From the NCBI GenBank assembly GCA_965206595.1, contig OZ242214.1:2688001-2752000 (forward strand): a stretch of DNA of 64,000 nucleotides, written 5' to 3'. The stretch comes from Candidatus Latescibacterota bacterium (lineage in GTDB: Bacteria > Latescibacterota > UBA2968 > UBA8231). The translations under genes and the position numbers were made by a program. Each line of letters opens with the position of its first letter. Positions within the stretch are counted from its first letter, which is position 1. This document shows, one piece after another, positions 10,130-20,156 of this stretch. The notes below the pieces were generated by a model, which saw only the letters and a program-made list of their open reading frames with translations, was not told the DNA's origin and did no database searches.

Positions 10130-10650
10130 GTCTCGCCGCTCTCGGAGCCCCCGCAGGAGCCCTTCTCAAGGAGCGCGGCCACACCATCGCCGTGGCGGAG
10201 TCATCCGCCGGAGGTGTGATTGGCGCCGCCCTGCTCGCCGTTCCCGGGGCATCGGCCTATTTCAAGGGAGGTGGGGTCGTCTACACCGGCGCTTCCAAGC
10301 AGACCCTGATTGCGGTGCCGGACGAGGCCATGGCGGAGGCGCGCGCCGCCACCGAAACGCACGCCCTCCACCTCGCCCGCGCCGCCAGGCAGAGGCTCGG
10401 CGCCGACTGGGGCATCGGGGAAACCGGCGCGGCAGGACCTGCCGGCAACCGCTACGGCGACCCCCCGGGGCACACCTGCATCGCGGTTTCAGGACCCGTG
10501 GAGAAAGCGATCACGGTGGCGACCGGAAGCGACAGGCGAGAGGAAAACATGTGGGCGTTCGCGAGCGCCGCTCTGGACCTGCTCGCGGAGTGCATCAGCC
10601 AAGAGCTTCTTTCCCGAGGCGGGGACGGAAGGAACTTGACCCCCTCGTAA
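10126..10650 (+). CDS. CinA C-terminal domain / NMN deamidase family protein
   Basis: AVAESSAGG, VPGASAYF, GETGAAGP. Confidence 0.88.
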   Translation: MSLAALGAPAGALLKERGHTIAVAESSAGGVIGAALLAVPGASAYFKGGGVVYTGASKQTLIAVPDEAMAEARAATETHALHLARAARQRLGADWGIGETGAAGPAGNRYGDPPGHTCIAVSGPVEKAITVATGSDRREENMWAFASAALDLLAECISQELLSRGGDGRNLTPS

Positions 10651-10841
10651 AAAACCAATTCAGGAAAATCGGCGATTCAGCACGGTGAATCGCCACTGAA
10701 TGTTGGGGTTGGAAGGCAGCAATACACCTTATGATGTATCACCACATCGGCCGTTCTGGACGACCCAGGTTTTTACGAGCGGATCAAACTTCGGTTAAAA
10801 GAAAATCGGAGAGCGGGCGGGACTGAGGAGAAAGTGATGCG

Positions 10842-10870
10842 GGCCGCGGCGGACCTTGTCCGCCGCGGCC
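10842..10870. terminator. GC-rich hairpin, probable terminator between convergent genes
   Basis: GGCCGCGGCGGAC-ctt-GTCCGCCGCGGCC, perfect 13-bp stem; no clear U-tract. Confidence 0.5.
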
Positions 10871-10916
10871 GCTATTGAGAATCTCCGCCCCCGGTGCCTG
10901 AGGGCGAAGGGTCTAT

Positions 10917-11150
10917 CTAATGTTCAACAACATCCTCCACCGAGTCGTTCCCGTGGTGGCGAACCCGATCGACGTACGACTGGCCCTTGTTCCAGGCCTC
11001 GCCGACTCCGCGGCGCACCGATTCGCGGGATTCCCGGCCGGCCTTGGGAGCCAACAGCATGCCGGCTGCCAGTCCCACGGCCAGGCCGCCGACCGCGCCG
11101 ACACCCAGAAGTCCTAAAGAAATCCCTATGGTTTTCATGTAGCTGTTCAT
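10917..11150 (-). CDS. YtxH-domain small membrane protein
   Basis: Gly/Ala-rich TM segment followed by GMLLAPKAGRESR. Confidence 0.8.
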   Translation of the reverse strand: MNSYMKTIGISLGLLGVGAVGGLAVGLAAGMLLAPKAGRESRESVRRGVGEAWNKGQSYVDRVRHHGNDSVEDVVEH

Positions 11151-11456
11151 TTGGATTCTCCCTTTGTGAAAAGTGAAGTTTCACGAGTTCTCGAACTATA
11201 GCGAGGGAAATCAATCTGCCCATGCCGAAGTCGGTTTCCCGTCGCCATTCGACAGTCTCGATTGTCTTCAATGATATAGGGAACGGGGTCGATTAGTCAA
11301 TTAAGGATTCTCTCGAAAAACTTGCTCCTTCATTAAGGATCGATTTTAATACACCATATAGCATATTTCCTCTCCGTTAACCCCAACAAATAGTAGCACA
11401 GCAAGGTGCTGACTCGCTGAAATTCCCTGCACCAGGTGCCTGCCAGGAGTCGAAAA

Positions 11457-11605
11457 TTGAAAATCACCGGCATCGATACTGTCATGATCGATTCCCCGGG
11501 CCGCAAATGGACCATCGTCCAGGTGTTCACCGACGAGGGGATCACCGGCTTCGGGGTAGAGCTCGACATGGACGGCGTCGAGGGGCACCGTTGGCGGCCA
11601 CGATG
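11457..11605 (+). pseudogene. Internally deleted mandelate racemase-family gene
   Basis: AGGAG then TTG. N-terminus KITGIDTV...VQVFTDEGITG is joined directly to the C-terminal motif FGVELDMDGVE. Confidence 0.75.
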
Positions 11606-11655
11606 CCCGCCATCAAACGCCGGAAACGGACCGGTGAACACAGCAAGGGGTTGCA

Positions 11656-12204
11656 ATGATGGAGATGGAAATCAACGCGGCATCCCTCGCCCTGGTGCGA
11701 GGGGACATCACGAAGGAACAGGTCGATGCGATCGTCAACGCCGCCAATGATCGGCTCATGGGAGGCGGCGGGGTCGACGGCGCCATTCACCGCGCCGGGG
11801 GACAGGCTATCGCCGCCGAGTGCAGGGAGATCCGCGCCCACCAGGGCGGTTGCCCAACCGGCCGGGCGGTGATAACCAGCGCGGGTAACCTTCCCGCAAG
11901 GCACGTCATCCACACGGTCGGGCCGGTATGGCGAGGCGGAAGCGCCGGGGAACCGGAGCTGCTCGCCAGTTGCTACCGGGAAAGCCTGGTGCTGGCAGTG
12001 GCGCACGGCATCAGGACGACCGCCTTCCCTTCGATCAGCACAGGCGTGTACGGCTACCCGCTGGGGGCAGCCGCGGCCGTCGCTCTCGGCACGGTCAGGC
12101 AATTCCTCGAAATGCGCGCCGGCATCGGCGAGGTGCGTTTCGTCCTCTTCAACGACGAGGCCTGCCGCTGTTTTTCAGATGCCCTCGCGAAGATGGATTT
12201 GTAA
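11656..12204 (+). CDS. Macro domain O-acetyl-ADP-ribose deacetylase (YmdB-like)
   Basis: GDIT, AIVNAAN, GGGGVDGAIH, VIHTVGP, FPSISTGVYGYP. Confidence 0.93.
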   Translation: MMEMEINAASLALVRGDITKEQVDAIVNAANDRLMGGGGVDGAIHRAGGQAIAAECREIRAHQGGCPTGRAVITSAGNLPARHVIHTVGPVWRGGSAGEPELLASCYRESLVLAVAHGIRTTAFPSISTGVYGYPLGAAAAVALGTVRQFLEMRAGIGEVRFVLFNDEACRCFSDALAKMDL

Positions 12205-12386
12205 GGAACCGCCAGACGGAGCCAGGGGCAGCAATTCAGTGGCAGGGGAATTCCGTCCCTGACTGGGCGGCTTTGGCCTCTCCAGAGAAACCGCGGTTCA
12301 ATCCTCCCCGGAACATCGGCGCCAGTTCTACCCCCAGTACGTTCTCGGCGCCCGCGGTTTTCAGATGCCCTCGCAAGGATGGATTT
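12172..12386 (+). repeat. 29-bp imperfect direct repeat of the macro-domain gene 3' end (12172-12200 and 12358-12386)
   Basis: TTTTCAGATGCCCTCGCGAAGATGGATTT vs TTTTCAGATGCCCTCGCAAGGATGGATTT, 2 mismatches. Confidence 0.8.
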
Positions 12387-14052
12387 TTCTGGCACCCCCT
12401 GCGGGGCGAACTCGGGGGCCGTTCAGCAATCTTCCCAACCAGGTGTAGCGGACCAGGAACCGGTAGGCCAGCAACAGCAGGCCGGTGACTGCTGCAATCA
12501 CCAGGGCGAACTTCAGCGCGGAGGGAAGCGGCCAGTCCCGCACCGCCAATTGGGCGCCGATGATCAGCGGCAGATGCGTCACGTACAGCCAGTACGACGA
12601 ATCCGACACATAGCGAATCGTACTGTTTTCGCGGGCGCAGAGTTTGCGAACCAGGCCGATGCAGGCGAAGGCCATCGTCCAGGGATAGACGGCCTGCAAC
12701 GCCACCGCCGCCGCCCGGGCCGTTGCCGGGTCGAATATCTCATGGCGGAATCCGAATGCACCCGTTGAGAATTCGAGGCCGAGCGGAAAGAGGATCAACA
12801 GCCCCGGGGGAAGCGCCAGCCACCACCATTTCCCCACCCTGCCGTCCCGGTCGTCGCAGTCGAAATACAGGGCGCCGAAGGCGAAAAAGAGGGCGTAGAA
12901 AAGCATGACGTGCGGCATGGGCAGCAGACCCAGGGAGGTATCCGGCCCGAAGCCGGGCACCACCAGTCCCATGAGCGACTGCGGGATCATCGTCAGGGGG
13001 ATCAACCAGAGAAACCGAACCGGCGACAGAACCAGCCACTCCGGGGACCTCGGCCATTTCATCCAGCCGACGAGGCCGGCGCTCAGTGCATAAAGGAGGA
13101 CCAGCCACCAGAGGAACCACAGGAACCACAAGTGGTGGAACAGCGGGGCTGCAAAGACCGGTGCCCCCATGGCTTTGGTAAACTCGAGGGCCGCCGATTG
13201 CTCCTTTGCCTTGCCTGTTTCTTCCCGATCGTCCCCAGTGGATGATCGTTCGAGCATTCCGGCGATCTGGACCCGGCCGGCCTCGACTTCTTCTTGGTCG
13301 ATCTCAATCTGCAACAAGCCTGCCAGGTACCGGGTCAGTTCCCAGCCCGCCTCCAGGGCACCCCGGGGCGTATCGCCGTTGTGGTTCTTCGCCTCGGGAT
13401 CCGCCCCATGCTGAAGCAACAGTTGGGCGACTTCCGCACGTCCCAGGAAAGCGGCCGCGTGCAGGGGCGTTGCGCCATCCCTGGCGCGGCCGTTGACCGC
13501 GGCACCGTTTTCAAGCAGCCACTCGACCGCTTCCGCCCGGCCGGTTAAGCCCGCCCAAACCAGGGGAGTCAGCCCGGACGCCGGGTCCATCCCATCGACA
13601 TCGGCCCCGTCCCGCAGGTGCCGTTCCATGGCGGCGAGGTCCCCGTTCCGGGCGGCGCTCCAGATACTGTCTTTTGCGGCCTTGTCCGCGTCGACTTCGA
13701 ATGCAGATGCAATAGCCCAGCCGCTGATCCAGTTGACCGCGGGAACGATGGTCACCAGCCCGAGCAGGAACGGCAGCAACACGCGGCGAAAGCGGTGGGA
13801 GAGCATGGATCTCAGGCCGCGGCGGCGCCAGAGCATGGCGGTGAAGAAGCCGCTCAGCAGGAAGAACACCGGCATGCGGAAGCCGTGGATCGCAGCGAAC
13901 AGCAGCCAGTAGAACCCGCTCTGCCGCTCATCCTGCACCGGCCAGGGAAACGGAGTGAAGGACAACCCCGCGTGCAGGACGATGCCGAGCAGCATGACCG
14001 CGGCGCGCAGGGCGTCGAGGTCGCAGCGGCGAGGGTGGGGGGCGCTGGTCAT
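12361..14052 (-). CDS. Acyltransferase-3 (OpgC/MdoC-like) membrane protein with inserted ankyrin repeats
   Basis: LDALRA, IHGFRMPVFFLLSGFF, HHLWFL, SDSSYWLYVTH; ankyrin motifs GLTPLVWA, GATPLHAAA, GDTP; start ATG 14052. Confidence 0.88.
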   Translation of the reverse strand: MTSAPHPRRCDLDALRAAVMLLGIVLHAGLSFTPFPWPVQDERQSGFYWLLFAAIHGFRMPVFFLLSGFFTAMLWRRRGLRSMLSHRFRRVLLPFLLGLVTIVPAVNWISGWAIASAFEVDADKAAKDSIWSAARNGDLAAMERHLRDGADVDGMDPASGLTPLVWAGLTGRAEAVEWLLENGAAVNGRARDGATPLHAAAFLGRAEVAQLLLQHGADPEAKNHNGDTPRGALEAGWELTRYLAGLLQIEIDQEEVEAGRVQIAGMLERSSTGDDREETGKAKEQSAALEFTKAMGAPVFAAPLFHHLWFLWFLWWLVLLYALSAGLVGWMKWPRSPEWLVLSPVRFLWLIPLTMIPQSLMGLVVPGFGPDTSLGLLPMPHVMLFYALFFAFGALYFDCDDRDGRVGKWWWLALPPGLLILFPLGLEFSTGAFGFRHEIFDPATARAAAVALQAVYPWTMAFACIGLVRKLCARENSTIRYVSDSSYWLYVTHLPLIIGAQLAVRDWPLPSALKFALVIAAVTGLLLLAYRFLVRYTWLGRLLNGPRVRPAGGARKIHPCEGI

Positions 14053-14164
14053 GAGGGGCGGTCCGGGTGGAGGAGCGGTCCACTTGTGCCTGAGCAGACA
14101 GCACGGGGCGCTCCGCTTCCGTCGATTCGATGCATTCCCCCTGCGGCAAGCCGCGGCCCCTCCC

Positions 14165-16729
14165 TCAGTTCGCGGGAAAGGCCTCGCGATACCGCTCGAA
14201 TGCTGCCGCGGTCCCGCAGAGGTAGATCGCGTCCCCCTCGGCAAGCCGGAACGAGGGGGAAAACTCCATGACCACCTCGCCTCCCCGCTCGACGGCGACG
14301 ACGGAGCAGCCGGTGCGCTCGCGGACCCGCGTCCGCGACAGCTCCTGCCCCGCCAGTTTCCCAACCTCCTTCCTGGTGAGCCGGATGCGGGGCTGGTGGG
14401 AGACGACCTCGTCGAGGACGTAGCGCGACAGCAGCTGGGCGGAAACCTGGCTCACCGACAGGGCGAAGTCGGCCCCGGCCTGCTGGATGCGGCCGGCGTT
14501 CTCGACCAGCAGGGCGCTGGCGATGATCGGCACCTCCGGGGCGAAATCCCTGATCACCCTGGCCGCCAGCAGCGCGGCGCTGTCGCTGGCCGCGGTCAGC
14601 ACCACCACCCGCGCCTCGGTTACGCCGGCGCGCTCGAGGACCCGGGTGTCGAGGACGTCGCCGACGACAGTGACTTCCGGGCCCTCGGTCTCGGCGATGA
14701 CGCGCACCTCCTCGCCGGCATCTGTCAGCATCCCGACGAGGTTCTTTCCCACCTCCCCGGTGCCGGCGACGACGATGGGGCCTTCGGCGGCGATGGGCCG
14801 GCTGATCTCGCTGAGGCGGCGGATGCTGGCGGGATTCCCGGCGGCGATCAGGATGGTCCCCGGCTCGAGGGAGCGGTCGGACGGAGGCGGCGAATCGAGG
14901 ACGTCTCCCGCCCACCGACCGACGATATGGGCACCGGTGCGGGAGTGGATTCCGGTCTCGGACAGGGTCCTGTTGGCGAGGGGACCGCCTTCCCGCACCC
15001 GGACCTCCGCGATCTCGAGCAATCCCTCCAGCGCCTGGGCCCCGGTCAGGCGCGGGCTGATCCTGCTGCTGGCGCGCACCGCCAGGGCCCCGGCCAGCAG
15101 GTGCGTCGGTGTGAACGCCGCGGTCGCCCCGGCCAGCTGCATGGCGGCGCGCCGGTTGGGATTGTCGACCAGGGCCACCAGCGGACCGGAGAAGCCGTGC
15201 TCGCGCGCTCCCGCGGCAAGCAGGGCGTTGAGCTCGTCCTGACCGTTGGCGATCACCGCCCGCGCCAGGGCGAGGGGCTCGAAGTCGAGGGCCTCCTCGG
15301 CCAGCGAGGTGTACACGACCTGTTGCCCACGCGCCTGCAGCCGCCTGGCCTCCTCCTCGTCCTCCTCGATGACGACGGTGGGCTGATCCCGGCTCGCCAG
15401 CTCCCCCATCAGGGCGTCGACCTCGGGGCCGTACCCGTAGATGACCACCGCGTCCGGTTCGGCGGGAAGTGCCGAGGGAAGCCTGCCGTCGGAAAGCTCG
15501 GCGACGAGCGGCGAACCGAACTTGTCGATCTGCACCACCCCGCGGGTGGCGTCCCTGTCGCGGGCCGCCTTTCCCTCGAGCAGCACAGCGCACCCCTTGA
15601 GAGCCAGCGGCGTGAACAGGTTCATCAGGAAGGCGGAGAAGATCAGGGCGGAGAAGACGGGCTGGTCGATGGCGCCCTGGGCAAGCGCCAGGGAGGCGAG
15701 GATGAAGGCCACCTCGGCGCGGCCGCACATGCCCACCCCGACGGTGAACGCTTCGCGCGCCGGAATCCCCATGCGCAGGGCCATGGCCCCGGCGCTGAGG
15801 ATCTGTCCGGCGATCACGGCGACCGTGAGCAGGACCATGAAACCGACCCAGGAGGCGCTGATGTCGAAGGTGACCGAGAACCCCAGGGAGATGAAGAAGA
15901 TCGGCCCGAGGAAGGAGTAGGCGATTCCGTAGGCGCGGTCCTTGACCACCCTGACGAGGTTGGGGTGGGCGACCTTCTCCTCGAAGAAAAGGCCGGCGAG
16001 GTAGGCGCCGAGGATCATGTGCAGGCCGATCGCCTCGGCGAAGAGGCCGGCGGCGAAGGCCGTCAGCAGGACGAAGGTGAACCCCTTGCCCCCCTCCGAG
16101 CGGAACGGCAGCGACAGGCGCGGATAGAGGAAGCGGCCGACCAGCACCGAGACGGCGAAGAACCCGGTCACCTTGCCGGCGGTGAGGGCGATGACGGCCG
16201 GCTCGAACCCCCCGCCCGACAGCAGGCCGAGGACGAGGCTGAAGAGCACCAGGGTCAGCAGGTCGTTTATGACGCAGCTGGCGAGGATGAGGCGGGCGAC
16301 CCGGGTGTTGTCCAGCCGCAGGTCCTTGAGGCACTTGAGGGTGACGACCACCGCGGTCGCCGTGCCGATGGTCAGCCCGACGAAGGTAGCGCCGACGAGG
16401 TCGAGGCCGAACAGGATCGCAACCCCGAAGCTGATCGCGAACGGCACCGCGGCCCCGGCCAGGGCGATCCCGAGGGAGCGCTTGAGGGCGTCGAAGAACT
16501 GCACCGGCTGGGTCTCGACGCCGGCGTGGAACATCAGGAAGAAGATGCCGATCTCGGCGAGCAGCTCGATCGCATGGCCGGGGGCGATCAGCCCGAGGAC
16601 CGCCGGCCCCACCAGCACCCCGACGATCAGCTCCCCCATCACCGTCGGCAGTCCGAGAGGGCGCAGGGTGACGGCGACGAGCCAGATGCCGGCGAGCAGG
16701 ATCAGCAGATCGAGGGCGACTTCATGCAT
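14165..16729 (-). CDS. Cation:proton antiporter (CPA2) with multiple RCK/TrkA domains
   Basis: GELIVGVLVGP, LAEIGIFFLMF, INDL, GMCGRAEV; GYGPEV and GTGEVG RCK-N motifs, each followed by a TrkA-C-like segment. Confidence 0.88.
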   Translation of the reverse strand: MHEVALDLLILLAGIWLVAVTLRPLGLPTVMGELIVGVLVGPAVLGLIAPGHAIELLAEIGIFFLMFHAGVETQPVQFFDALKRSLGIALAGAAVPFAISFGVAILFGLDLVGATFVGLTIGTATAVVVTLKCLKDLRLDNTRVARLILASCVINDLLTLVLFSLVLGLLSGGGFEPAVIALTAGKVTGFFAVSVLVGRFLYPRLSLPFRSEGGKGFTFVLLTAFAAGLFAEAIGLHMILGAYLAGLFFEEKVAHPNLVRVVKDRAYGIAYSFLGPIFFISLGFSVTFDISASWVGFMVLLTVAVIAGQILSAGAMALRMGIPAREAFTVGVGMCGRAEVAFILASLALAQGAIDQPVFSALIFSAFLMNLFTPLALKGCAVLLEGKAARDRDATRGVVQIDKFGSPLVAELSDGRLPSALPAEPDAVVIYGYGPEVDALMGELASRDQPTVVIEEDEEEARRLQARGQQVVYTSLAEEALDFEPLALARAVIANGQDELNALLAAGAREHGFSGPLVALVDNPNRRAAMQLAGATAAFTPTHLLAGALAVRASSRISPRLTGAQALEGLLEIAEVRVREGGPLANRTLSETGIHSRTGAHIVGRWAGDVLDSPPPSDRSLEPGTILIAAGNPASIRRLSEISRPIAAEGPIVVAGTGEVGKNLVGMLTDAGEEVRVIAETEGPEVTVVGDVLDTRVLERAGVTEARVVVLTAASDSAALLAARVIRDFAPEVPIIASALLVENAGRIQQAGADFALSVSQVSAQLLSRYVLDEVVSHQPRIRLTRKEVGKLAGQELSRTRVRERTGCSVVAVERGGEVVMEFSPSFRLAEGDAIYLCGTAAAFERYREAFPAN

Positions 16730-16757
16730 GGCGTTTCAGCCGCTGTGGGCGCCGGCG

Positions 16758-18215
16758 TCACGGGACCGGTTGGTGGCCGCTGATCTCCGTTATGCGGCCG
16801 CTGATGGCGCCGGTCAGCAGCTCGAGGCAGCCGGGGGCCAGGCAGGAGGGATCCTCCTGGTACAACCCCAGGCCGTAGCGGTCCTCCGGAAGCAGGTAGG
16901 CCAGCTGGGGATCCCCGGCGACCGGAGAAAGAAGCAGCACGAGGCCGGGAAAACGACGGCGCAGCTCCCGCGTCATTTCGTTGTACGGTTCCCCGGAACA
17001 GGTGATCCAGACGGCGTCGCCGAGGCGGAAAACCGAGTACCGGTACGGAAACGACGCGCCCTCCGGCAGGTCGGCCAGGCGCCCCAGCCAGCGGCGGCAG
17101 CGTTCCGCCCTGGCCCCGGCATCGCGCGCCGCGGCGGCGTCGCCGGCGGCCTCCGCCTCTTCCTGCTCTTCGCTGTGGCGCTCGAGATCGAGGCGCAGCC
17201 CTTCCTTGTCGGGCAGCTGCCGGTACGGCAGATCCACGCAAAACGCACCCCCCGCCCACTGTGAGGCAGCGGCGGTGCGGCTGCCGGCGAACGGAGTCCA
17301 GGCCCAGGTCCCGAGGGTGGCGCCGGATTCAACCGGACCCTGGTAGGTGAAGTCGCAACGCGCCGGACCGAGCGACCAGTACGCCGACAGGGCCGCGTGC
17401 CCCAGCTGCCTGCCGTTGCGATCGGCGGTTCCGGTATCCCCCGTGAACCCGTCCCGGGGCCCGAGCTCGCCGCAGGCGCCCTGGAAGAACACGCACGGCG
17501 CCCCGGTTCCGGCTTCGAAGACTTCCCGCATGGCCCCGGCGAAGTCGGGGCTCAGAAGGCTGTTCTCCCACGCCAGCGTGGTGGGATGACAGGCGTAATG
17601 GATGATGCCGAGCCGCTGCTTTCCCGCCTCGTCCTCGACACGGGCCACGAGCACGGTGTCGGCGGCGGGACCGTCGGGGTTGTACCCGGTGACGTAGATC
17701 TGCCTTTCTTCGTCGCGGTAGTCGCGGTTCGCCGCCATGTCGCAGCGGCCCGCGGCGTAGGAGATGGTGGCGGGCCGCAGATCGTCGAGGGCCTGCCGCG
17801 TCAGCTCCTCGACTCGAGCCTTGAGCGAGTCGAGGTACGGGGCAATCAGCTCGCCGCCGGGCAGCGGCATGCGATCCGGCAGGAAGAAGCCGGCGGCATG
17901 GGAGTGCGAGTGCGTCACCAGCACGCGGTCCGGCTCGATACCGGAGACCGAGGCGATGCTCTCGACCAGCGCGTCGGACTGGGCGTTGCCGAGCAGTACC
18001 AGGTCGAGCTGCAGGCGCGCCATGCCCTGGCCGCGGCCCTCGGCCGGCTGCAGGAAAATCAGGTCGACAACCAGGGGGCGGTGCACGCCCGAGGCCCGGT
18101 CGTGCCGGGCGGCCCCCCACATGCGGTGATATATCCCGACCGGCGGCGTGATGTCGGCGCGGGCGTACCCCAGCCGTAGAATCGACGTGGGGGTCGGCAC
18201 AATCCGGGTTGACAT
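16758..18215 (-). CDS. Neutral/alkaline ceramidase-like hypothetical hydrolase
   Basis: DITPP, SHSHA, NR, YACHPT, DFAG, FQGACG motifs; start ATG 18215. Confidence 0.65.
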   Translation of the reverse strand: MSTRIVPTPTSILRLGYARADITPPVGIYHRMWGAARHDRASGVHRPLVVDLIFLQPAEGRGQGMARLQLDLVLLGNAQSDALVESIASVSGIEPDRVLVTHSHSHAAGFFLPDRMPLPGGELIAPYLDSLKARVEELTRQALDDLRPATISYAAGRCDMAANRDYRDEERQIYVTGYNPDGPAADTVLVARVEDEAGKQRLGIIHYACHPTTLAWENSLLSPDFAGAMREVFEAGTGAPCVFFQGACGELGPRDGFTGDTGTADRNGRQLGHAALSAYWSLGPARCDFTYQGPVESGATLGTWAWTPFAGSRTAAASQWAGGAFCVDLPYRQLPDKEGLRLDLERHSEEQEEAEAAGDAAAARDAGARAERCRRWLGRLADLPEGASFPYRYSVFRLGDAVWITCSGEPYNEMTRELRRRFPGLVLLLSPVAGDPQLAYLLPEDRYGLGLYQEDPSCLAPGCLELLTGAISGRITEISGHQPVP

Positions 18216-18249
18216 CTCGTCTCGACCTCCGTCGGCGTCGGCAGCTCCG

Positions 18250-19833
18250 CTAGCTTTCCGCTCCGCTGTATTCCGCATACCGGATCGACAGGCGGACACC
18301 GCTCAGCCAGACCGGGTCCCCCTTCTCCAGGGCGATCTCCACCCTGTTCGCTCCCGCTGCCAGCAGCGACGGCGGGAGCGCGAACTCGAGCTGCTCCTCC
18401 CCTTCCAGCGGCGTCTCCGCCAGGCGGGAGGGGTACTCGTTCCAGTCGGCGTTGTAGCGGGTGTCCGTCCACGTGGCCGCGGGGGCCGCCCCCTCCTTCC
18501 AGTCGAGAGGGTGGCCGTTGATCGCCAGGGAAACGGCGCGCTGCTGCGCGGGGATCCGATCGCCCGAGGGCTCGAAGCCGAGCCCGAGCACCGCGGAAGC
18601 GGCCGCGGCCGTATCCTCCCCGGAGAGGTCGATGACGAGAGCGGCCCCGCTTCCCGGGACCGTCTCCTGCAGGCGGACCGGCAGCGGCGCTCGCGGGATC
18701 GCGTTGAAGAAGGAGAACCCGAGCTGGGAGTTGGGAAGCTCCCGGCCGGAGCTGTCGACCAGGTAGCGCTTGCTCCTGCCGGCCAGCTTTGCCGGGTCGG
18801 CGAGCTCGGCCACGAACTCCCGCTTCCACTCGTTCGGCATGCTGTAGTAGTTGAAGAAATACAGCCCGTCGACCCCGGCGGCCCAGTAGCGCGCCGCAAC
18901 CGCCCTCATCGTCTCCGGGTTCAGCATCGGCCGCAGGGCCTCGAAACAGCCGAGCACCCGGCAGCCGGTCCCCTCGGCGGCCTCGACGAAGGAGGCGACC
19001 GGCGTCTCGAACGGTATGAACCCGCCCCCGGCGATCAGGATGTCGGCCAGCCCTTCCCGCATCCAGAGTTCGGCGTCCAGCCCGATGCGGCGGCTGTCGG
19101 CCAGGGTGGGAGGGACGCGCACGGCGAGCTCGAGGCGGCGCCCGCGGGCGGCCGCGGCGGCGTCGAGCCGGGAGCGCACCCGGCGCACCAGGTCGGTGGC
19201 GAGGTAGCGGTGCGCGAACGCCTGCTCGATGCGGAAGAAGGCCGGGTGGCGCATGAAGTCGAGCTCGATGCCGTCGATGTCGAAGCGGTCGATCAGCTCG
19301 AAGAGGATCTTCAGCTTGTGGGCCCGGGCCCCGGCCTCGGCGTAGTTCAGGCCGGTGCGGATCCCCCACTCGAGGGTGCCGGGCGGCAGCTCTCCGCCGG
19401 CGTGGCCGATCAGCAGCTCGGGATGCTCGCGGCGCAGGCGCCCGAAGTTGGGGGCGGACTCCTCGATATCGTAGTGCTCGTTCATGCGCACCGACGGGAA
19501 GAAGCGCATCCCCGCCTCGCGGCAGAGCCGGGAGATCACGGTGACCGGACCTCCGTGGTTCTCGGTGAGCCAGCGCAGGTTGTCCCGCTGCAGGCGCTGT
19601 CTATCGTCGAGGTCCTCGTCGCCGTACCCGTCGCCGAGGCGCTCCCCGACCTCGGTTTCGTAGTCGTACACCTCGTGGCCCCCGACCGACCACAGGAAGA
19701 CGCCGACCGGAGAGCCCTCGTAGGGGGCGATCATCTTCTCATGCATGATCTCCGGGGTGATGGGAGGTCCGTACGTGCTCATGATCCAGCCATCGTCGTT
19801 GAACAGGATGAGAGGCGGTTGCGATCTGGTCAT
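18250..19833 (-). CDS. Putative glycoside hydrolase-like TIM-barrel protein (GHL10-like)
   Basis: FNDDG, SVRMNEH, DIDGIELDFMR, GVDGLYFFN; paralog of 27368..28945. Confidence 0.6.
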   Translation of the reverse strand: MTRSQPPLILFNDDGWIMSTYGPPITPEIMHEKMIAPYEGSPVGVFLWSVGGHEVYDYETEVGERLGDGYGDEDLDDRQRLQRDNLRWLTENHGGPVTVISRLCREAGMRFFPSVRMNEHYDIEESAPNFGRLRREHPELLIGHAGGELPPGTLEWGIRTGLNYAEAGARAHKLKILFELIDRFDIDGIELDFMRHPAFFRIEQAFAHRYLATDLVRRVRSRLDAAAAARGRRLELAVRVPPTLADSRRIGLDAELWMREGLADILIAGGGFIPFETPVASFVEAAEGTGCRVLGCFEALRPMLNPETMRAVAARYWAAGVDGLYFFNYYSMPNEWKREFVAELADPAKLAGRSKRYLVDSSGRELPNSQLGFSFFNAIPRAPLPVRLQETVPGSGAALVIDLSGEDTAAAASAVLGLGFEPSGDRIPAQQRAVSLAINGHPLDWKEGAAPAATWTDTRYNADWNEYPSRLAETPLEGEEQLEFALPPSLLAAGANRVEIALEKGDPVWLSGVRLSIRYAEYSGAES

Positions 19834-20156
19834 CTTTTCGTTTCCCCTGAATGCCGGTGAGAAGCTCGTTTCGCGGTTGCTGTATCCGTCCTTGCAGCCG
19901 GCTGCGGTGCCCCGTTCCGGGCAACCCGCAGAACCCAGGGCCCCTGGCGCTTGAACGGTGCTTCCCGCTGTAGCGCCGCATGGCGGGAACATGGACCTCC
20001 GCTTCACGGTACGGGAAATCCGGGGTGAATACCAAGGTATTCGCGGGACCGCCCCCGGCTTTTATTCCATTATTGAAAAAGATAGCAGTCTTCATATTCC
20101 GCAGCGGTTCCCGACAACCGACCGGCTCCGGTGCCGGCCAGCAAAGGCGCGCAGCC

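Noticed and set aside
10671-10694. Hairpin GGCGATTCA-N6-TGAATCGCC as ncRNA or tRNA remnant
   Set aside because: A single 9-bp stem with no cloverleaf or family motif; at most a terminator.
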